A DNA stretch of 64,000 nt from an uncultured Collinsella sp. (GCA_959023295.1 CAUFBM010000009.1:7405-71404); one strand, 5' to 3'; shown: positions 21,122 through 30,704, numbered from the stretch's first letter. The notes: a model not told the origin generated them from the sequence alone. Translations and numbers: made by a program.

Positions 21122-22057
21122 ATGCAGGAAACTGATTCTCAGTCTCAGGAGCAGGCTACCGCCACCAAGGTCGCATCTGCTCCCGCCAAGTCCCGCACGC
21201 TGTGGGGCGACGCTTTTAAGCGTCTTCGTAAGAACAAGCTCGCCGTTATCGGTGTCTGCTGGATCATCATCGTCGTTGTGGTTGCCCTGACCGCAGATCT
21301 GTGGGCTAAGCCCTGGCTCGGTTCGCCGACGGCTTCCGATTCGACCACCATGGCCGAGACATCGCTACTGGCTCCGTGTGCCGAGCACCCGTTTGGCACC
21401 GATGCCCTCGGTCGCGACATTCTCGTCCGCGTTATCTACGGTGCACGCGTTTCGCTTTCTGTCGGTATCATGGCCACCGCCATCTCCACATTGATCGGCC
21501 TGGTCATGGGCGCCCTGGCCGGTTTCTACGGCGGCATTTGGGATACGATCATCATGCGCTGTGCGGACATCTTCCTGGCGTTCCCGTACGTGCTGTTCGT
21601 TGTCGCCATGATCGCCGTTATCGGCCGTGGTCTTCAGAACGTCTTTATCGCCATCGGCATTCTTGGCTGGCCTTCGATTGCGCGCGTCTTCCGCTCTGCA
21701 ATCTTGACGGTCAAGGAAAACGACTATGTTGATGCAGCGCGCGCGATGGGTGCATCTGATGCTCGTATCGTCGTGCGTCACATCTTCCCGAACTCCGTCG
21801 CCTCCATCGTGGTCTACGCGACCATGAACATTGGTGGCGCCATTCTGACCGAGTCCGCTCTGTCCTTCCTCGGCATGGGCGTTATTCCGCCTACGCCTTC
21901 GTGGGGCTCCATGATTCAGGACGGTCAGCAGTATCTTCTGACCGCTCCCTGGATGATGATCATGCCCGGTCTGGCAATTCTCTCGACGGTGCTCGCCTTC
22001 ACCCTGCTGGGTGACGGTCTGCGCGACGCCCTCGACGTCAAGATGAAGGACGCATAA
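21122..22057 (+). CDS. peptide ABC transporter permease (OppC/DppC-like)
   Basis: HPFGTDALGRD, ESALSFLG, PSWG and GDGLRDALD motifs. Confidence 0.95.
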   Translation: MQETDSQSQEQATATKVASAPAKSRTLWGDAFKRLRKNKLAVIGVCWIIIVVVVALTADLWAKPWLGSPTASDSTTMAETSLLAPCAEHPFGTDALGRDILVRVIYGARVSLSVGIMATAISTLIGLVMGALAGFYGGIWDTIIMRCADIFLAFPYVLFVVAMIAVIGRGLQNVFIAIGILGWPSIARVFRSAILTVKENDYVDAARAMGASDARIVVRHIFPNSVASIVVYATMNIGGAILTESALSFLGMGVIPPTPSWGSMIQDGQQYLLTAPWMMIMPGLAILSTVLAFTLLGDGLRDALDVKMKDA

Positions 22058-22059
22058 GG

Positions 22060-23151
22060 ATGAAGAAGAACAAGAACTATGTGGACCTGAAGGATCAGCC
22101 GGTTCCTGAGGGCCAGCATCTGCTCGAGGTCGATGACCTTAAGATGTATTTCCACACCGAGGATGGCGTTGTTCGCGCTGTCGACGGTGTCTCCTACACG
22201 CTCGATCGCGGCGAAACCCTGGGCGTCGTCGGTGAGTCCGGCTCCGGTAAGTCCGTGACCGCCATGACCATCATGGGCCTCATCTCGATGCCTCCGGGAA
22301 AGATCGAGGGCGGTGACGTTCGCTATCGCGGCCGCTCCATCCTCGAAATGACCGAGGAAGAGATGCAGCACATTCGCGGCAACGATATCGCGATGATCTT
22401 CCAGGATCCTATGACCTCCTTGAACCCGGTCTATAAGATCGGCAGGCAGGTGGGCGAGGGTCTTCGTCTGCACCGTGGCTACTCCAAGCAGGAGGCGCTC
22501 AAGCGTGCCACCGAGCTTTTGGACCTCGTGGGTATCCCCGAGCCCGAGAAGCGCGTCAATGAGTATCCGCACCAGTTCTCTGGCGGTATGCGTCAGCGAG
22601 TCATGATTGCCATGGCCCTTGCCTGCGATCCCGATATTCTGATTGCCGACGAGCCCACGACTGCCCTGGACGTTACCATCCAGGCTCAGATTATCGAGCT
22701 CATGCAGGAGATGCAGGAGAAGAACGGCAACGCCATCATCATGATTACCCATGACCTGGGTGTTGTCGCCGATATGGCCGATAAGATCATGGTTATGTAC
22801 GCCGGCCGCCCCGTTGAGTTCGGTACTGCTGAGGAAATCTTCTACGAGAGCCGCCACCCCTACACCTGGGGTCTTATCCGCTCCATCCCGGAGCAGGCAA
22901 TCGAAGAGAAGAAGCCGCTGACGCCGATTCACGGCAACCCGCCTTCGCTCATGAACCTGCCTGAGGGCTGCGTCTTCTCTCCTCGTTGCCCCTACGCGAC
23001 GGACAAGTGCCGCAAGCAGCGCCCTGAGCGCGTTGTCACCGAGTCCGGTCACTATTCTGCGTGCCACTATTCCGGTGACCCCGAGTTCCTCAAGAACGCT
23101 CCTGAGACGTCCCGTACGCGCAAGGATTCCAAGAAGGGAGGCGAGGCGTAA
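22060..23151 (+). CDS. peptide ABC transporter ATP-binding protein (OppD/DppD-like)
   Basis: [26 protein letters not shown] and C-terminal Cys motif. Confidence 0.95.
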   Translation: MKKNKNYVDLKDQPVPEGQHLLEVDDLKMYFHTEDGVVRAVDGVSYTLDRGETLGVVGESGSGKSVTAMTIMGLISMPPGKIEGGDVRYRGRSILEMTEEEMQHIRGNDIAMIFQDPMTSLNPVYKIGRQVGEGLRLHRGYSKQEALKRATELLDLVGIPEPEKRVNEYPHQFSGGMRQRVMIAMALACDPDILIADEPTTALDVTIQAQIIELMQEMQEKNGNAIIMITHDLGVVADMADKIMVMYAGRPVEFGTAEEIFYESRHPYTWGLIRSIPEQAIEEKKPLTPIHGNPPSLMNLPEGCVFSPRCPYATDKCRKQRPERVVTESGHYSACHYSGDPEFLKNAPETSRTRKDSKKGGEA

Positions 23152-24180
23152 ATGGCAGACAATAACGAGCGCACTCCACTGCTGAAGGTCGAGCACCTCT
23201 CCAAGGAGTTTCCCGCAGAGTCCGGCATGTTCGCCAAGCGTTTTTCCAAGCGCGTCGTCTCTGCTGTAAACGACATCTCTTTTGAGATTTATCCTGGCGA
23301 GACCTTTGGTCTGGTTGGCGAGTCTGGTTGCGGTAAATCCACCACGGGCCGCACTATCATGCGTCTGACCAAGCCGACCGCCGGCAAGGTGTTCTTCCAG
23401 GGCAAAGATGTTGCCGAGATGAGCAAGCATGAGATCAAGGACATGCGTCGTGAGATGCAGTTTATCTTCCAGGATCCTTATGCTTCGCTCAACCCTCGTA
23501 TGACCATCGGTGAGATTGTCTCCGAGCCCATGACCATTCATGGTGTGGGTACCAAGGGGGAGCGCATTGAGCGCGTCCGTGAGCTTCTCGACGTCGTTGG
23601 ACTGAACCCCGAGCATATCAACCGCTATCCGCATGAGTTCTCGGGCGGCCAGCGTCAGCGTGTCGGTATTGCCCGCGCTTTTGCGCTGAAGCCCAAGCTG
23701 ATTATCTGTGACGAGCCGGTATCCGCTCTGGATGTGTCCATTCAGGCCCAGGTTCTGAACCTGCTCAAGGAACTGCAGGACAAGTTCGGTACCGCGTATC
23801 TGTTTATCGCACACGACCTGTCCGTCGTACAGCACATCTCCGATCGCGTTGCCGTTATGTATCTGGGTAAGATGGTCGAGGTTTCGGACTGGAAGACGCT
23901 CTATAGCGAGCCTCACCATCCGTACACGCAGTCGCTGCTGTCTGCCGTGCCGGTTCCCGATCCTGATATCCAGAAGACCCGCAAGCGCATCATCCTCGCT
24001 GGCGATCCGCCGTCGCCGCTGGATCCGCCGACCGGCTGCCGTTTCCATACGCGTTGCCCGATCGCGCAGGGTATCTGCTCCGAGAAGCTCCCCGAGTTTA
24101 AGGAAGTTGCACCGGGTCACTGCTGCGCCTGTCACTTCGCGGAGCCGTTCCCGATCAAGGAATCGCACATCGACCTGTAG
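23152..24180 (+). CDS. peptide ABC transporter ATP-binding protein (OppF/DppF-like)
   Basis: GESGCGKST, FQDPYASLNP, FSGGQRQR and GCRFHTRCP motifs. Confidence 0.95.
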   Translation: MADNNERTPLLKVEHLSKEFPAESGMFAKRFSKRVVSAVNDISFEIYPGETFGLVGESGCGKSTTGRTIMRLTKPTAGKVFFQGKDVAEMSKHEIKDMRREMQFIFQDPYASLNPRMTIGEIVSEPMTIHGVGTKGERIERVRELLDVVGLNPEHINRYPHEFSGGQRQRVGIARAFALKPKLIICDEPVSALDVSIQAQVLNLLKELQDKFGTAYLFIAHDLSVVQHISDRVAVMYLGKMVEVSDWKTLYSEPHHPYTQSLLSAVPVPDPDIQKTRKRIILAGDPPSPLDPPTGCRFHTRCPIAQGICSEKLPEFKEVAPGHCCACHFAEPFPIKESHIDL

Positions 24181-24196
24181 TTGTTTGTTCTCGTCC

Positions 24197-24323
24197 GGGC
24201 CCGCCCTGTTGTTACTTTTCAGAACGTCCTCGGACATGCAAGAAACCCCCGCTGCGCACTTCGTGCGGCGGGGGTTTCTTGCGTCCTGCGGAGTGTTCTG
24301 AAAAGTAACACCAGGGCGGGCCC
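24197..24323 (+). repeat. long imperfect palindrome, family copy A
   Basis: GGGCCCGCCCTG...CAGGGCGGGCCC arms; core CGTCCTCGGACATGC / GCACTTCGTGC loop / CCTGCGG. Confidence 0.9.
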
Positions 24324-24504
24324 TACGTTAACTCGGCAAGGGGAGTGCGATTCCCTGATCGCTCGCTTAATCTGATAGGGAATTGTGTGAGGCCGGAGCC
24401 TTGGCTCCGGCCTCCCCATATAAGGGCTCGGCAAAGCAGAGCCACTAAATTTGCATCAGCCCTCAAAACATGTTTGAGAACGGTGCCTGGAGTACGTGCC
24501 CCTA

Positions 24505-24629
24505 GGGCAGGAATGAGGTTGCTTTCCAACGCATTCCGCAGGGGGCGGCATTATTTTGTAGCGCGAAGCGCGGATCAAAATAATGCCGCATGCCCGAGGA
24601 CGCGTTGGAAAGCAACCTCATTCCTGCCC
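24505..24629 (-). repeat. long imperfect palindrome, family copy B
   Basis: GGGCAGGAATGAGGTTGCTTTCCAACGC arms; minus-strand core CGTCCTCGGGCATGC / GCGCTTCGCGC loop / CCTGCGG. Confidence 0.9.
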
Positions 24630-24665
24630 GAACAGGTCAGTCTACCTGCGCATTTACAAATTCGT

Positions 24666-24716
24666 AAACTTTTTTCAAAAAAGTGCTTGCGCAGTTCTCG
24701 AAACATAGGTTATTAT
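24666..24716 (+). promoter_or_regulatory. tRNA-Leu promoter with upstream T/A palindrome
   Basis: AACTTTTTTCAAAAAAGT, then TTGCGC-N18-TATTAT. Confidence 0.7.
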
Positions 24717-24773
24717 CTTCCTCGTTGAACGCGCGGGTTCAACAAAGCGAACCGCGAATCAACAACATAGCAT

Positions 24774-24863
24774 GTCGGAGTGGCGGAATTGGCAGACGCG
24801 CTAGCTTGAGGTGCTAGTGACCGCTTTTTGGTCATGCGGGTTCAAGTCCCGCCTCCGACACCA
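24774..24863 (+). tRNA. tRNA-Leu(GAG)
   Basis: GTCGGAG/CTCCGAC acceptor stem, CTAGC-TTGAGGT-GCTAG anticodon arm, long variable arm, GGTTCAAGTCC, encoded CCA. Confidence 0.97.
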
Positions 24864-24874
24864 TCGCATTTGAG

Positions 24875-24896
24875 AAGCCTCTTCGGAGGCTTTTTT
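24875..24896 (+). terminator. terminator after tRNA-Leu
   Basis: AAGCCTC-TTCG-GAGGCTTTTTT. Confidence 0.85.
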
Positions 24897-24910
24897 GTTA
24901 CCGATAGACG

Positions 24911-27268
24911 GTGAGGTTCACGATGGAAACGCTTGAGCGCAATGAGTGGGCGGACGTTGCCCAATTGGTCGAGATCACGAGCGATGCTGTCATTATCTGC
25001 GAGCTCGACGGAACCATTTTGCATGTAAATAATCGCTTGCTCGACTTGATGTGCGAGGAGCGTTCCGATGTGATCAACGGGGACGTTAAAGACCTCTTGT
25101 ACTCGTCGGCTTTTGAACGCGCGACAGAGCATCGGCTTCCTTTTGAGACCAATGGAACAAAGAGCGAGTTGATGCTCAAGTTAAGTGACGGATCGTTTAT
25201 TCCCGTCCTGGTTTGTGCCGGCTCGGTTACGCCGCCTCGAATCTTTGGCCGCCGTGCGCCGCGCGTTCTGGTGGCACTCCATAGCATCGAAGAACAGTAT
25301 TCGCACGACCGTCAGCTCAAGCGTGCGCTTTCGGAGCTTAGAGTGGCGAATAAGCGTCTCTCGGGTACATTGTCGGTCATTATGAGCACGGTGGGCTCCG
25401 ATGAGCTGCCCAGTTTGTTAGATATCGTTTTGAACCAGCTTGTAGGAACGCTCGATGCTTCGGGTGCCGCTATCTATTTTTCTGAGAGCGGCGGTTTTAA
25501 GCTTCGCGGTGTCTCCAAGGAGCTGCACGACAGCTACCTGCCCGAGTTTTTGCCGTATGGCGCTGGCATTCCGACGTATGTTCTTCGCGAGTCGCGTGCC
25601 TGTCGCTTGTCGATTCAACAGGACCTTGAGGGTGATAGGGCTGCCTCCGGTATGTTCATGGACCTGGACAATCGTTCTAAGCACCTGTTGCGCGTGCAGG
25701 ATATGCCTCCGTACCGCAGCGAGATCTGTCTTCCCGTTTTTTACGGTACGCAGATCCTTGGCGTGCTGGAAGTTGGTTGGAAGCGCCCTCAGGCACCGCT
25801 CGCCTATGACGTTAATGTACTCGAGGTCATTTGCGATTACCTGTCTATCCAGCTGGTCGGCATGGCATCGAGCCTTCGCTCTCGTCGCACGGCCGAGCTT
25901 GGCCGCTCGCTCAATGTCTTACGTGATGAGTTGTTTACCTTTCTAGACGATTCCGCCGCGGCTACCCAGGCTATATCGTCCGAGATTTGCAATATGCTCA
26001 ACTGTCATTTTTGCCCTGTTGAGTATGACGCCAGTCTGGGCTCCTATGTCATAGATTTTGAAGGCGGCAGTCGCGTTGCTTTGCCGGACGATCCCGAGAA
26101 ACTTTTCTTTTCCACGACGGCGCCAGCGGCACGTTTGGGGGTTGGCTCTGATGGCTTTGAGGCGTCTGTTTTGGGCGGCACGAGTGCCGAGGATCTTAAA
26201 CACGTCCGTATAACTCGCGTTGACGAATCGATGCCTATGGGAGGCTGGCTTAGGGCGCATGGTCTGCCTTGCCAGGGTCTCTACGTCGACACCGGCATCG
26301 AGGCGGGGCGCCCGCGCTCTGAGGGTGATGGCAAACACAGCAACGACGCGATCGTTCCTGCTTCTGTTGCGAAAGGCCCGACGACGCGCGCGCTTCTGCT
26401 TCGTGACGGTAGTCAAGAGCCGATTGATGACCTTGAATATGACTACTTGGTGCACTTGGCGCATGACTTTGAACTGATCTACGAGGGCGAATCTCAAAAG
26501 CGCGAGGAGCGCCATATCGCTCAGACCCTCCAGATTGGCATGAGAAATTCGCTTGGTGACGTTCCGGGTATCGCGACCGATTCGGTATACCTTTCGGCAA
26601 CGAATTCGGCGTTGGTTGGCGGCGACTTCTATACTCTTGTCCGTCTTCCCGACGATTGCGCCGTTATGATTTTGGGCGATGTATCCGGCAAAGGAATCGA
26701 GGCGGCGTCGATGTCAGCGCTCGTCAAGACGGCGCTGACGGCCTATGCCTGGGAGGGTGCTGGGCCCGCCCGTATGGCCCGCTCGCTCAATAGCATGCTC
26801 ATGGGCTTTTCGAGGGTCGAGACGTTCGTGACGGCGTTTATCGCCAAGATTGATCTTAAAGCGGGTCGCGCTACCTACTGCTCTGCGGGACATCCTCCCA
26901 CTATGGTCATTAGACCGTCGTCGACGCCGCTTGGCGGCGGAGAAACCCGAGGGGGAGAAGTGGAGCTCCTTGGGTGCCAATCGGGCGTGATCGGTGCCTT
27001 TGAGAGCATGGTGTACGAGACAGGCGTGTTTACGTTCGCTCCTGGTGACATGCTATTCATGTATACCGACGGAGCAATCGAAGCACGTGATCGCTCGGGT
27101 GCTTTCTTTGGCGAGCAGCGCCTTCGTGACCTTTTGCTCTCTGTCTCGGGTGAGGGTGTATCGGGAATCTGCGGTAAGGTCTTGGGAGAGCTTGACCGCT
27201 TTACCGAGTCGGCGCTGGACGATGACATTGCGCTGGTTTCCCTTGAGTTTTTACGGGGTCGATCGTAG
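24911..27268 (+). CDS. PAS-GAF-PP2C (SpoIIE/RsbU-like) serine phosphatase; start may be ATG 24923
   Basis: N-terminal PAS-like and GAF-like segments; VGGDFY, GDVSGKG, SAGHPP, YTDGAIEAR and DDIA motifs of SpoIIE-type PP2C. Confidence 0.88.
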   Translation: MRFTMETLERNEWADVAQLVEITSDAVIICELDGTILHVNNRLLDLMCEERSDVINGDVKDLLYSSAFERATEHRLPFETNGTKSELMLKLSDGSFIPVLVCAGSVTPPRIFGRRAPRVLVALHSIEEQYSHDRQLKRALSELRVANKRLSGTLSVIMSTVGSDELPSLLDIVLNQLVGTLDASGAAIYFSESGGFKLRGVSKELHDSYLPEFLPYGAGIPTYVLRESRACRLSIQQDLEGDRAASGMFMDLDNRSKHLLRVQDMPPYRSEICLPVFYGTQILGVLEVGWKRPQAPLAYDVNVLEVICDYLSIQLVGMASSLRSRRTAELGRSLNVLRDELFTFLDDSAAATQAISSEICNMLNCHFCPVEYDASLGSYVIDFEGGSRVALPDDPEKLFFSTTAPAARLGVGSDGFEASVLGGTSAEDLKHVRITRVDESMPMGGWLRAHGLPCQGLYVDTGIEAGRPRSEGDGKHSNDAIVPASVAKGPTTRALLLRDGSQEPIDDLEYDYLVHLAHDFELIYEGESQKREERHIAQTLQIGMRNSLGDVPGIATDSVYLSATNSALVGGDFYTLVRLPDDCAVMILGDVSGKGIEAASMSALVKTALTAYAWEGAGPARMARSLNSMLMGFSRVETFVTAFIAKIDLKAGRATYCSAGHPPTMVIRPSSTPLGGGETRGGEVELLGCQSGVIGAFESMVYETGVFTFAPGDMLFMYTDGAIEARDRSGAFFGEQRLRDLLLSVSGEGVSGICGKVLGELDRFTESALDDDIALVSLEFLRGRS

Positions 27269-27349
27269 ACCGCGATACTTGACGGGCAAAATCTGCGCAG
27301 CTGCAGATATGTATGCATCGAGCGAGCTCTTTTGGGGAACCATGGTCGT

Positions 27350-28096
27350 ATGAATGAGTGGAATGACATAGCGGTTTTGACGCCACCGGGTGATGTCGAC
27401 ATCGCCTCGGTGTCCGTGCTGCGCCGACGGTTGGATAATCTGATCGACCGGGGCGTGCGTCGCGTTGTCATCAATTGCCAGGCCGTGGGCTTTATCGACT
27501 CGACGGGTTTGGCGTTTTTGCTTACACGTGCCAGAGAGCTCATGAGGCGAGAGGGCCTGCTTTCGCTCGTTAACGCCTCCGATGAGGTCATTCGCTTTTT
27601 GGAGATTGCCCGACTTGTCGACATCCTTCATGTTGCGGGTCCGGCGCGTGAGTCGATTCCCGCTATTCCGGTGGGAGAGTTGCCACGATGGAGCAAGAGC
27701 GTCGAGGTCCGACAGGGTATCGAGAATCTTCCATACTATCGACATCGCATCGCCGAACTCCTTGAATCGCTTCCGTTGCGCCGCGACGAGCGCTACGATG
27801 TCGCGTTGGCGTCGGGGGAGGCGCTGGGTAATGCCTATGACCATGCGGGCGGTATCGGGTGCGTCCTGACGGTTCAGGCCTATGGCGATCGCGTCGTGGT
27901 TGAGGTGCTTGATCGGGGTGCCGGCTATTCTATCGATGGAGCGAGCGAACCGGTCGCATCTGAGGAACGCGGCCGTGGTATCAAGCTTATGCGTATGCTT
28001 GTCGATAACGTGGAGGTTGCTCGTCGCACAGACGGCACCGGCACGCGCGTGCAGATGGTGAAGCTATTTAGCGGAGCACTGGAATCGCGTGCCTAG
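27350..28096 (+). CDS. STAS (anti-anti-sigma) fused to an RsbW-like HATPase
   Basis: GDVDIAS and FIDSTGL (STAS phosphoserine motif); EALGNAYDH, DRGAGY and GRGIKLM (RsbW-type N/G boxes). Confidence 0.85.
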   Translation: MNEWNDIAVLTPPGDVDIASVSVLRRRLDNLIDRGVRRVVINCQAVGFIDSTGLAFLLTRARELMRREGLLSLVNASDEVIRFLEIARLVDILHVAGPARESIPAIPVGELPRWSKSVEVRQGIENLPYYRHRIAELLESLPLRRDERYDVALASGEALGNAYDHAGGIGCVLTVQAYGDRVVVEVLDRGAGYSIDGASEPVASEERGRGIKLMRMLVDNVEVARRTDGTGTRVQMVKLFSGALESRA

Positions 28097-28140
28097 CCAA
28101 TCGCTTTAGCGCGTTTAGCCACCAAGAACACGCGGCCGGC

Positions 28141-28190
28141 AACTTTTTTGAAAAAAGTACTTGCGTCTTTTGGATAACTCGCGTAAATTA
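28141..28190 (+). promoter_or_regulatory. promoter of the tRNA-Gly-Cys-Gly cluster
   Basis: AACTTTTTTGAAAAAAGT, then TTGCGT...TAAATT. Confidence 0.65.
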
Positions 28191-28201
28191 ATAACCCGCA
28201 A

Positions 28202-28277
28202 GCGGACATGGCTCAGTTGGTAGAGCACAACCTTGCCAAGGTTGGGGTCGCGGGTTCGAGCCCCGTTGTCCGCTCCA
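28202..28277 (+). tRNA. tRNA-Gly(GCC)
   Basis: 76-nt cloverleaf, CAACC-TTGCCAA-GGTTG anticodon arm, CCA end. Confidence 0.98.
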
Positions 28278-28311
28278 TTGCATTTCCGGACCGTTTAGGC
28301 GGTCCTTTTTC

Positions 28312-28385
28312 GGCGAAGTGGCCAAGTGGTAAGGCAGAGGCCTGCAAAGCCTTTACCCCCGGTTCGAATCCGGGCTTCGCCTCCA
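28312..28385 (+). tRNA. tRNA-Cys(GCA)
   Basis: GGCGAAG/CTTCGCC acceptor stem, CTGCAAA anticodon loop, T discriminator, CCA. Confidence 0.97.
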
Positions 28386-28427
28386 GGCAACATCCGGGCG
28401 CTCCGGCGCCCGTTTTGTTTTACATAT

Positions 28428-28503
28428 GCGGACATGGCTCAGTTGGTAGAGCACAACCTTGCCAAGGTTGGGGTCGCGGGTTCGAGCCCCGTTGTCCGCT
28501 CCA
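28428..28503 (+). tRNA. tRNA-Gly(GCC), second identical copy
   Basis: Identical to 28202-28277. Confidence 0.98.
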
Positions 28504-28511
28504 ACTATCTT

Positions 28512-28538
28512 ACGCGGTTCTAACGAACCGCGTTTTTT
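28512..28538 (+). terminator. terminator after the tRNA cluster
   Basis: ACGCGGTTC-TAAC-GAACCGCGT followed by a T-run. Confidence 0.85.
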
Positions 28539-28547
28539 GTTGACGCT

Positions 28548-28654
28548 GCGCGAGCCCCGGGCACCCCATCTTGCCCCCTCAATCGTCGGTCGCGTACATA
28601 AAGTACGCTTCCCTCCTCTTTCGCGGCAACCTGGGGCACCCGGAGCCCGCTCGC
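28548..28654. repeat. imperfect palindromic intergenic element with GCGTAC-N5-GTACGC apical hairpin
   Basis: CCGGGCACCCCA..TTGCC / GGCAA..TGGGGCACCCGG arms. Confidence 0.6.
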
Positions 28655-28840
28655 TGTTGTGGCCGGGGGAGTGAGTCTTCCGTTCTTTTCACTAATCGAT
28701 CGATTCGTCCCAGGAGGCTCGAGCCCGAGAGGGAGCGAGCGTTTTGGGGTGTGGCTGTGGCGTTGTTTGCCTCGAATGACAGCTTTGGGCGTATCATCGT
28801 GGGCATCTCGCAAAACCTCGTTGCAAGGGAGGCTCACCCC

Positions 28841-30574
28841 ATGGCTGCAGAAAAGTCCTCTTCGCGCTCATGGATGTCCGATGCCGCGATCTATCAGATC
28901 TACCCGCGTTCGTTTAAGGATTCGACCGGTTCGGGTCTGGGCGATATCGCGGGCATTACCCAGCAGATGGACTATCTTGAGCGGCTGGGCATCGAGGCCA
29001 TCTGGCTGAGCCCGTTTTACCCTTCGCCTCTTGTCGATGGCGGCTATGATGTGGCGGACTACTGCGATGTCGACCCACGTCTCGGCTCGCTTGACGACTT
29101 CGATGACATGATCGCTGCGGCTCACGCGCGCGGCATCAAGGTCATCGTCGATATCGTGCCCAACCATTCATCCAACCAGCACCCCTGGTTCAAAGCCGCT
29201 CTTGCCGCCGGCCCCGGATCGCCCGAGCGCGCCCGTTATATCTTTCGCGATGGTCGCGGCGAGCATGGCGAGCTGCCTCCCACCAATTGGAATGCCAACT
29301 TTGGCGGCCCCGCCTGGACGCGTGTTGCGGACGGTCAATGGTATCTGCACATGTTTACGCCCGAGCAGCCGGACTTTGACTGGTCATGCCCCGAGGTTCA
29401 CGCGTTCTTTTGCGACGTCCTGGCGTTTTGGAGCGATCGAGGCGTCGATGGCTTTCGCATCGATGTGGCGCACGGTCTCGCCAAGGATCTCGACCGCGAT
29501 GACCTCGACCGGTGGCATCTCGCCGAGGGCGATGACATGGTTGACGACGGCGCCCATCCGCTGTGGGACCGCAACGAGGTCCACGAGATCTATCGCGAGT
29601 GGCGCCGCGTGTTCGACCGCTATAATCCGCCGCGCAGCGCCGTTGCCGAGGCGTGGGTGCTGCCTGAGCGCCAGTATCTCTATGCGCGTCCCAGCGAGCT
29701 TGGCCAGACATTCAACTTTGAGTTTGCCAAGGCCACTTGGACCTATGATGACATGCACGCTGCAATCGAGGAGGGCTTGAAGGCAGCTATCGAATCCGAT
29801 TCCGCCTCGACCTGGGTACTCTCCAACCACGACGTGCCGCGCGTGGCGACGCGCTATGCCCTGCCGCAAATCAAGGCGACGCGCTACCACCAGATTGCGC
29901 TCGACTGGCTCTTACGCGACGGGTCGTCTTATGACGAGGACCGTGAACTCGGCGAGCGCCGCGCGCGGGCGGCTCTTTTGCTTGAACTGGCGCTTCCGGG
30001 CTCGGCATACGTGTATCAGGGTGAGGAGCTCGGTCTTTTTGAGGTGGCTGATATCCCGTGGACTGCACTCGAAGATCCCAGTGCAACCAATACGCGCGGA
30101 CCGAAGCGCGAGAAGGGGCGCGACGGCTGTCGTGTGCCCCTGCCGTGGGTAGCGGCGGACGATCCCGCGCAGGGCGGATCGTTTGGGTTTTCGCCGGCGG
30201 ACGCTGATGCGGCGCCCCATCTGCCGCAGCCTGCATGGTTTTCCGATTATGCTGCCGATAGGGAAGAAACGGACCCGACATCGATGCTTGCGCTCTATCG
30301 TGACGCCCTCTGGCTGCGGCGCAAGCTGCGCGGGTGCGCCAACGATCTTGCGTGGCTCGATCTTGACGGGCGCACCGGTCTTGCGGATGGTGCCGAGGGC
30401 GCTGAGGGCGGCGTCATCGCCTATCGCCGCGATAACGGCTGGGCGTGCGTGACGAACTTCGGTGCAGCACCCGTGGAGCTGCCGGCGGGCAGGGTCCTGC
30501 TCACCTCATCAGCGCTTGCAGACGGCAGACTCGCGCAGGACAGCTCTGCCTGGATCATGCTCGGTGAGATGTAA
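28841..30574 (+). CDS. GH13 alpha-glucosidase / oligo-1,6-glucosidase family
   Basis: YQIYPRSF, DIVPNH, GFRIDVAH, AEAW, SNHD, YQGEELG and GRDGCRVP motifs; GGAGG RBS before ATG 28841. Confidence 0.93.
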   Translation: MAAEKSSSRSWMSDAAIYQIYPRSFKDSTGSGLGDIAGITQQMDYLERLGIEAIWLSPFYPSPLVDGGYDVADYCDVDPRLGSLDDFDDMIAAAHARGIKVIVDIVPNHSSNQHPWFKAALAAGPGSPERARYIFRDGRGEHGELPPTNWNANFGGPAWTRVADGQWYLHMFTPEQPDFDWSCPEVHAFFCDVLAFWSDRGVDGFRIDVAHGLAKDLDRDDLDRWHLAEGDDMVDDGAHPLWDRNEVHEIYREWRRVFDRYNPPRSAVAEAWVLPERQYLYARPSELGQTFNFEFAKATWTYDDMHAAIEEGLKAAIESDSASTWVLSNHDVPRVATRYALPQIKATRYHQIALDWLLRDGSSYDEDRELGERRARAALLLELALPGSAYVYQGEELGLFEVADIPWTALEDPSATNTRGPKREKGRDGCRVPLPWVAADDPAQGGSFGFSPADADAAPHLPQPAWFSDYAADREETDPTSMLALYRDALWLRRKLRGCANDLAWLDLDGRTGLADGAEGAEGGVIAYRRDNGWACVTNFGAAPVELPAGRVLLTSSALADGRLAQDSSAWIMLGEM

Positions 30575-30653
30575 GGGCCTCTTGCGGCGAGTTTGCGTTT
30601 GCCTGCGCCTTCCGTGGTGGCTGATGTCTTCGCGAGGTTCGCGAGGGCGTCGC

Positions 30654-30704
30654 AAAACTTTTCAAAAAAAGTTCTTGCATAGGATGCGGGCATCACGTAA
30701 GATT
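30654..30704 (+). promoter_or_regulatory. promoter of the tRNA-Gly-Val pair
   Basis: AACTTTTCAAAAAAAGT, then TTGCAT...TAAGAT. Confidence 0.65.

Noticed and set aside
12805..24237. Long antisense ORFs (403, 441, 577, 555 and 770 aa) opposite gap, pgk, gpmI and the peptide ABC genes; similar ones opposite uvrA, nrdD, metY and pgi
   Set aside because: Shadow frames produced by strong high-GC codon bias in well-identified genes; no motifs or RBS.
24181..24728. Small ORFs in the ORF track over the palindromes and tRNAs (also 28208-28674, 30722-31209, 33725-34069 and 10416-10800)
   Set aside because: They overlap palindromic elements, tRNAs or the ncRNA candidate, with no RBS or protein motifs.
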